A stretch of 55,190 bases of DNA, the filler included, from Sphacelaria rigidula (lineage: Eukaryota), in the NCBI GenBank assembly GCA_964200075.2. It is 5 parts of 5 records of this genome, joined end to end, with 100 filler letters (N's around TTAATTAATTAA, not from the genome) between each part and the next. Parts side by side here need not be neighbours in the genome. Positions count along the whole stretch, not along the records: positions 44,238 to 55,190 come from CAXNAA020005624.1; 4 more parts are not named here. One strand, given 5' to 3'. Each line of letters begins with the position of its first letter. Position 1 is the stretch's first letter. The notes under the pieces are model-generated. The model did no database searches and was not told where the DNA came from. It was given only the letters and a program-made list of their open reading frames with translations. Both the position numbers and the translations under genes were made by a program. Shown piece after piece: positions 49,330 through 55,190 of the stretch.

Positions 49330-52300
49330 CTGCGGATATCCACTGGCTGAACTCGTTGGCGGGAGAGGCTTGCTTACTGGTCGACTCCTACCGAGATCTG
49401 GCAGACGGAAAAGCAATTGCGGAGGTGGTGGGCATGATTCAGGTGCAGATAAGTATGTAGCAATCCCTACTCAGAGTATACGCAGACGCACGATACAGTC
49501 CATGTCATCGTCCAATGATTAACTACGCAAGTTTGAGGTGTGTGTACCACTTGGTCGATGTCTAAATCTCTCGGAAACATCTTTTTTTAAATAACGCTAA
49601 CCCAAACCCTAGCCCAAACGCAAGGCATACCAAGAATCCTCGGGCGATAGGAGGGTGAAGCGTTCCCTAGGCGAAGTGTGGTGTCGGCAGACCTCAAAAC
49701 GGCGCCGTAGACGCCGATTTTGACGAAAACGCCTTCTACGTACCCGAGGGGCAGTTGGGGCTGTGAGCCCCGCTACAGATCCGAATATCGGTGTTTACAC
49801 TCAGATCAAGTGATAAAGGTTCGGGAAGGTTCTAATTGAGCAAGTGGTGGGCACCACTGGCAAGTTTCAGCACGAACTGGACACGAGTGTTTGTCCAATT
49901 CTAGTGGCATGCACTGTTAATTTGTTCATTTATTCTGCAATGCGTCAATCATCATGTTCCTGCCCAAAGTGTGGACGTTCACGCAGCCCGGCCCAAGTGG
50001 CGTGGTTTCTCACACCCTCGACGCAGGTTTTCAAGGCGCTACGAGTAGTAGTATCTGCCGATATCCAGCCGGTACCGTTCTGTTATCGTGTACAGTAGGT
50101 TAAATTTCTGTGAGGTGGTCTCTAAAAGGATTCGAATCTTGCTTTAAACAATCATATCTGGAACAAGCCAAGGTATCCGATTCTGCATCGATTCTGATCG
50201 GGATTTTACTTGAAAAGGATGCGATTTGCGCATCGGACGGGCCGACAAAGCCAGTATAATACGCCGCTTAATCTTATGCAGTGTAGAAAGGAATTTTTGA
50301 CCAAAATCTTGAAGCTCACGGCTCTCCCTTGCCATCGCCTCTTGCCTCGGAGCACGAGGACAATCGCGGGCTGTTCGCCGTTCCCTCAACGATGCGCGCT
50401 CGATGATTTGAGAACATATAGATTCCAGAGGCAGACGATTCCCTCGAATTTACCACCAAGACGTCGCATTTTGCTCAGAAAATTATTCCCAGCATTTGTT
50501 TTCGTAATAGTGCGATCCGTTTCACCACCTATCCGTACTAATCTTACGCTGAGGATGAGCCGGATGGGCATGAAACCTCCGGCCAAATCAGCGCTGATCT
50601 AGCGTTGAGTCACTTTCGGTGGCGATCCGTTTGTAGCGATCTACAGCAAAGTTCACAGCATTTTTTAGATAGCTTTCCCGCCCAACATCGCACACCGTGC
50701 AAGAATATATAGCCCCCCTCAACGGTAGTAAGGGGTGATACATTAAATTTTAGTGACATAATTTGCTCTCACATCGTGCCTCGAATATTTGTCCGTAATT
50801 TTACGGTCGGTTGAAGGGTTTCGAGGGGTTTCGGCATATTTTTCCCAAATTTCGATGGGGAAAGAGCCGTGAGTTTGCTAGTTTCACAAAATAAAAAAAG
50901 TTTGATCTAACGATGGCACGTGTGCATCGCCTGGGAAATATTGTCATCTTGGTGAATTTCAAATCCAGGTACTGTACGCCATCTTGTAATCGAGTTATGT
51001 TCAACGGATGTATTAGCATGTTGTCTGCAGCAGCCATACTCTGAATTGTCAACTTAGAATGCAGGTTTCTCGCAAACACTTGTGAGCGTCGGCGGGTGGG
51101 AACGTTTGCTCCTGCGTTGTATGCAGACGTATCAACCAAGCTAACTTCGCGTGCTGGGTGTGACGGTCCGGTTCTGGGAGAACTGAGTTCGATTCTGGAA
51201 TAACTGGCAAAAGCGGATATCCTGTAAGGAGGCGTTGCTTGTGATCCATTTTCTGTTCTGCGAAGTAGCAAGGCCTAAATGGTGGAGTAGTTTCATTCTC
51301 CTCAGGTTTGTGGAGCTCCTTCATCACTTTTCATAATGTTCAGTCAACTCGTGTGGCTCACGCCCCCCCCCCCCCGTGCCCCCTGGTCCACCTCTCTCGT
51401 CATGCGCACAGGGTCGTGCAATCACTCGAATTGATTCCCAGTCGGTATCGTGTATCGAAGGCGTATTAGAGGCCATGGCGACCGGGCTGGGGCGATCATG
51501 TATGCCCCCACGTCTGCTACAGGTACGTTAGCGCGTACGACGTCCAGGTCGGGGGAGAATTACAATTGGTAAGTGCGGCTCATCAATTGCCCAACAGCGT
51601 GTGTAGTAGACAAGAGATGTTGCGTATAGTTAGGTAGATAAAGATGTGCTTTAGGGCGCATTTTGAAAACGCGATGGAAGGGATGTTGCTTTGGTACTGT
51701 TTCGAGTACGCGGAAGAGGATATATTCGTCCCGTGTGGGAGGATAATTCAAAACCCTATTTTCCGGGTAAAGGAAGAGGGCGGACGTTGTACCTGTCCGA
51801 TTATTTTGTACCTTCTTCATGAATTCATGGCCTCGCTACCGCAAGAGAATCATGTAGCTGCCGTCATATTCTACGGTAAAATGCCCTTTCATTCTCCGTA
51901 GACTTATGACCTTCCCCTATGCTTGTTGTCACACGTTTGTTCTCTCCACCCGGGTCGGCCGGATCGCGAAACCGACGAACAGGAAGAGTTTCCTGCAAAA
52001 GTTCGCGGAGGTAACCCATCGGCATGCAGACACCTTGTGGTATTCTTGAGACACCTTTACGCACAACAACAACAGAGGCCCACGGGAAGTAGGCTGTCCC
52101 GGTGCGGTGGTGTTGGCGACGATAGCGGCGGCGGCAGCGGTTACAAGAAAGACGCTTCAGGTTACGAAACAACGTCTTCGAAGGAGGAGGTGGGAGCATC
52201 GTTGTCCTTGGCTTCATCTCACGTCGTTGAATCTGGAGGAAGAGGGAGAGGAAGGCAGCCAGTGGCAAGGAATGATAAAGTTGGAACTCTAGGTTGCAAC

Positions 52301-52618
52301 AAGAAATTCATGAAAGCGGGGATGAAAGTGACGTTTTCCCCGAGCAGTGGTGGTGGCGGTGGAGGTGGCGGTAGCAATACGAGAGTTCCACGTTGCGAGA
52401 AGGCGTCCACGAGGTCAGGGGTAGGGGCGGTGTTGTCCCCGGGTTCCCGCCGAGTGTCGGGAGAACGGAGGGGAAGCGAGGTCCATCCCGTTGCGGGAAG
52501 CGAGGGACCACCTGTGTTACGTGCGAACGGTTCGGGGGATGGTGCTGAGAGTGCAGTGGACATGGGGCAGTCGGAACGAATAAAAGTTTTGCGGTGGATG
52601 GAGCGTCTCGGGGTTAAG
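49330..52618 (+). CDS. Partial spliced gene for a calponin-homology (CH) domain protein; exons ~49330-49442, 51412-51522, 51983-52618
   Basis: AG/GT-bounded, phase-compatible exons join to ADIHWLNSLAGEACLLVDSYRDLADGKAIAEVVGMIQ|GRAITRIDSQSVSCIEGVLEAMATGLGRSCMPPRLLQ|EEFPAKVRGGNPSACRHLVVFLRHLY, matching CH hallmarks (WLNS, DL.DG, G(N)...L..L). The last exon ends with IKVLRWMERLGVK, possibly the start of a second CH domain. The 5' and 3' exons were not found. Confidence 0.72.
50150..51300 (-). pseudogene. Degraded Ty3/Gypsy RT-RNase H relic inside a predicted intron of the CH gene
   Basis: FASYSRIEL...GANVPT...AADNMLIH...IFPRRC...NFFYFV...KICRNPSKP aligns by eye with SGYHQI...GLKNAPAT...YLDDILI...LKPSKC...FLGHVV...AI..WP.P. 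Downstream ELQDFGQKF...ILALSARP resembles LQEFDF...ADALSR.P. Confidence 0.55.
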
Positions 52619-55132
52619 GTACGACTTGGTCGTACTCCATGGGTAGAGAAGCGCTTCCATGTTAGCTGGCACTGGTATAGCTATGAAGTGTACATGTTCC
52701 GTTCTAAGCGAACAGTGAAGGCCATGAATTTCTTTGGATGTTATGTGGTATTCCTAACGATAACCGTGTGGTACACATGATTCACTACCTCAATGCGAGG
52801 AATCTAGGCCACTCGTCCGAATCGGTGGGCTTCCAGGTGTCTGAAAACGGTCACTCGTAAAACGTCCCACCAACGGGAATGAAAAAAATGTGTTTGTTTG
52901 GTGTGGTAGTCTTGCGAACATCCTCCATCGCTTTCACTTTTTTTCCCGACTGGATTTGTGCCCAGTGACTATTTGCGACACCTCAGAGCCTAGCGAATCG
53001 GACAGACGGCCTAAAATCCGCTTCGTGACGTGATACATAGTGTACCCGAGGCACGAGGTGGAAATTAACCAGAGCTGGAAAATGTCAGATCGGAAAATCT
53101 ATTATCCCGAAGATGCGGCCTGAGCCATAATCCTAGCAGGACGCAAGAAGGAACTTACACACATACATGGGAAAAATCAAACAATAGTACACCGGGTTTC
53201 CAGGTCAGGATGACCGCTCTACGGTAGACCCCGCGTCACAACGGTATGGTGCAGCTACTCAAAGTTTCACCATAATTTGAGTTCGTCTTTGTGGCAACCA
53301 GTTTTGACTGCATGGCGGGAGGGCGGCGCATCTTTGGGGAACCGTGCCATGGTCCGATTCCCCTGTGTATACACATGGACAACAAGCCGGATAGACCTAC
53401 ACGGGCCACCGAACTGCCGGTTAATCGCCTGCTCGTTGGTGGGATCGTCTACTCTTTCTGAGGACAGCTCGAGTGGTTTACTACTAGTTGGTGCACCCTG
53501 CTACTGCAGTGCGTAGGCTTGGCGCAGATATTATTGGTTGCCCTTTTAGCTGGAAATCTCAATCTCCTGTGAGGCCGTCAGGTCATATTCCAACCCTTGG
53601 AGTATTTCTGCCCCCCTCGAAACCTTCACCTGTTTTTGCCATGTGCGGTGCAGCGAATCGTATAAGCATGTGGATAGTGTGCAAGAGCGAAGTAGCATTC
53701 CTAGACGAGAAAAAATAAGCCGTGATTTTGTCATCTTTGGACGGGATATTCTAACATGGCATATGGCCTTCGTAGGTATACTGAACGGCTGTGAGCGCAA
53801 TACATGATCGTCGAACGCGAGGCGTACATCGTCTTGTAGCTGCAGTTCCCAGGTTTCTAACGGCGCCAGTCATGTCTTGGCTGCCACTAGGTGTCCTGCT
53901 TCCAGGCGCACTTTTCGTTTCGTTTTTTGCCACACACTTAGCCCCTTCCCGTCCTCGGTATGAGCCCGCGGTCTGAAGGGATTAACCAATTTCTCCCCGG
54001 TACACGCCCCCATGGGGTTGGCGTCGGTTTGCAATGGCGCTGCCACTCACTGCGGAAGCTGGGCAACCAGGTTACCGCTTCTTTCTTGCGCTTGTTTGTT
54101 TTTTACGGTAACCATATTGACGTCATGATGGTCGAGCTAGATCATATTGCGCGGGGTGAGGAACCTCCATTCCGCGCAGAGGGGATTATCATACTACGTA
54201 GTGTTTATATGGTGAAACACCCACGAGGCATCACGTAACCCGTGGCTGTCTCTGAAACTGGAGATGCCAGAAAAATGAAGCAACTCATTCGAGGCTGGCA
54301 TTCATATGCAAGATAATCAGTACGCTTCGGACCGAACAATCTTAGCAGGATGTAGCTCACCCTTTATCCGACTGCCCGAACACATCACGAGCTGGGCCAG
54401 CCAACAATGGGTGCTTTTCTCGCCCAGGCGACGCACGGCGCGATATTAGGAGTTCGATGCTGAACTTTTGACAGCAGCTTTTTATGACCGACATGCAAAA
54501 TATCACGTGGGCAGCAAAGAAGAAGAAACAAAAACAGAAATTTATTGGGATTTGAAATTTCAGCAAAAACAAGATAATGTCATTAGTTCAGTTAAATAGA
54601 ATAAAATCTACAGCTGCTCACGGGATGTATCATTTCCTTGGATGCAGAAGGCCTTTGTGAAATTTCAGCTCAAGAGTCGTCGAATTGGACCGGGCGTGCA
54701 ACGTTTTGCGTGACACTGCTGCACCCCATAATACCCAATGCGGGGCCATGCCTGACGTGAACCCACGGCATTGAAAAAAAAAAAACACTCCGACACGCTA
54801 TCGCCCAAAGATATGATACGCACCCCGTACTCTATGCTGTAGTACAATAACGTCATCGGCAATACGATGCCAATCGAACAGTGACGCAGTCCTCTATCAT
54901 CAGGTGAGTCTGAAGTTCACAGTGATATGCTTCCATCGGGTTCATTCGGGAAACTGGGAAAACTGTGGTGTGAGCAACTTTTGGCCGCTTTGAAGCTGGC
55001 CCAGCTCGTACGGCACTTGGCGCTTGGTGGTTGATTGTGGTCTGGTCCAGGGGAAAAAATGGCCCGCTCCGTCCCGGCTTTACAGGGATGCGAGGTCAAT
55101 GGTCATATGACTGCAGCATGCAAGATCATGAT

Positions 55133-55163
<31 letters not shown>

Positions 55164-55190
55164 GCGCCCCCCCTCACCCCACCTCGCCGC

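Noticed and set aside
49596-49622. Telomere-like CCCTAA tract
   Set aside because: Only three or four degenerate units; too short to call.

Overview
Eukaryotic, repeat-rich DNA, inferred to be a brown alga (Ectocarpus-like Phaeophyceae) from the ankyrin families, SINE types and exon/intron style. The window is not one locus. It is five size-sorted unplaced contigs (10963, 10962, 10957, 10955 and 10953 nt) joined by 100-nt artificial N-spacers containing TTAATTAATTAA. Contig 1 has an intronless ankyrin-repeat gene lying between inverted copies of a transposon-end-like motif, plus foldback/MITE elements. Contig 2 has an intronless F-box-like + 'GCPW' ankyrin gene followed in-frame, after one TGA, by a hydrophobic multi-TM ORF; it also has a tRNA-derived SINE, a Gypsy pol relic and a perfect 48-bp hairpin. 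Contig 3 has a decayed, internally deleted Ty3/Gypsy chromovirus whose integrase tail has a chromodomain and a Tudor-like segment. Contig 4 looks mostly intronic, with SINEs and weak exon candidates. Contig 5 has a spliced calponin-homology gene not evident from the ORF track, Gypsy relics and a second tRNA-headed element. A ~70-nt structured repeat with a poly(C) end occurs about nine times across all five contigs. Most short ORFs in the track appear spurious. All calls are by eye; no searches were run.
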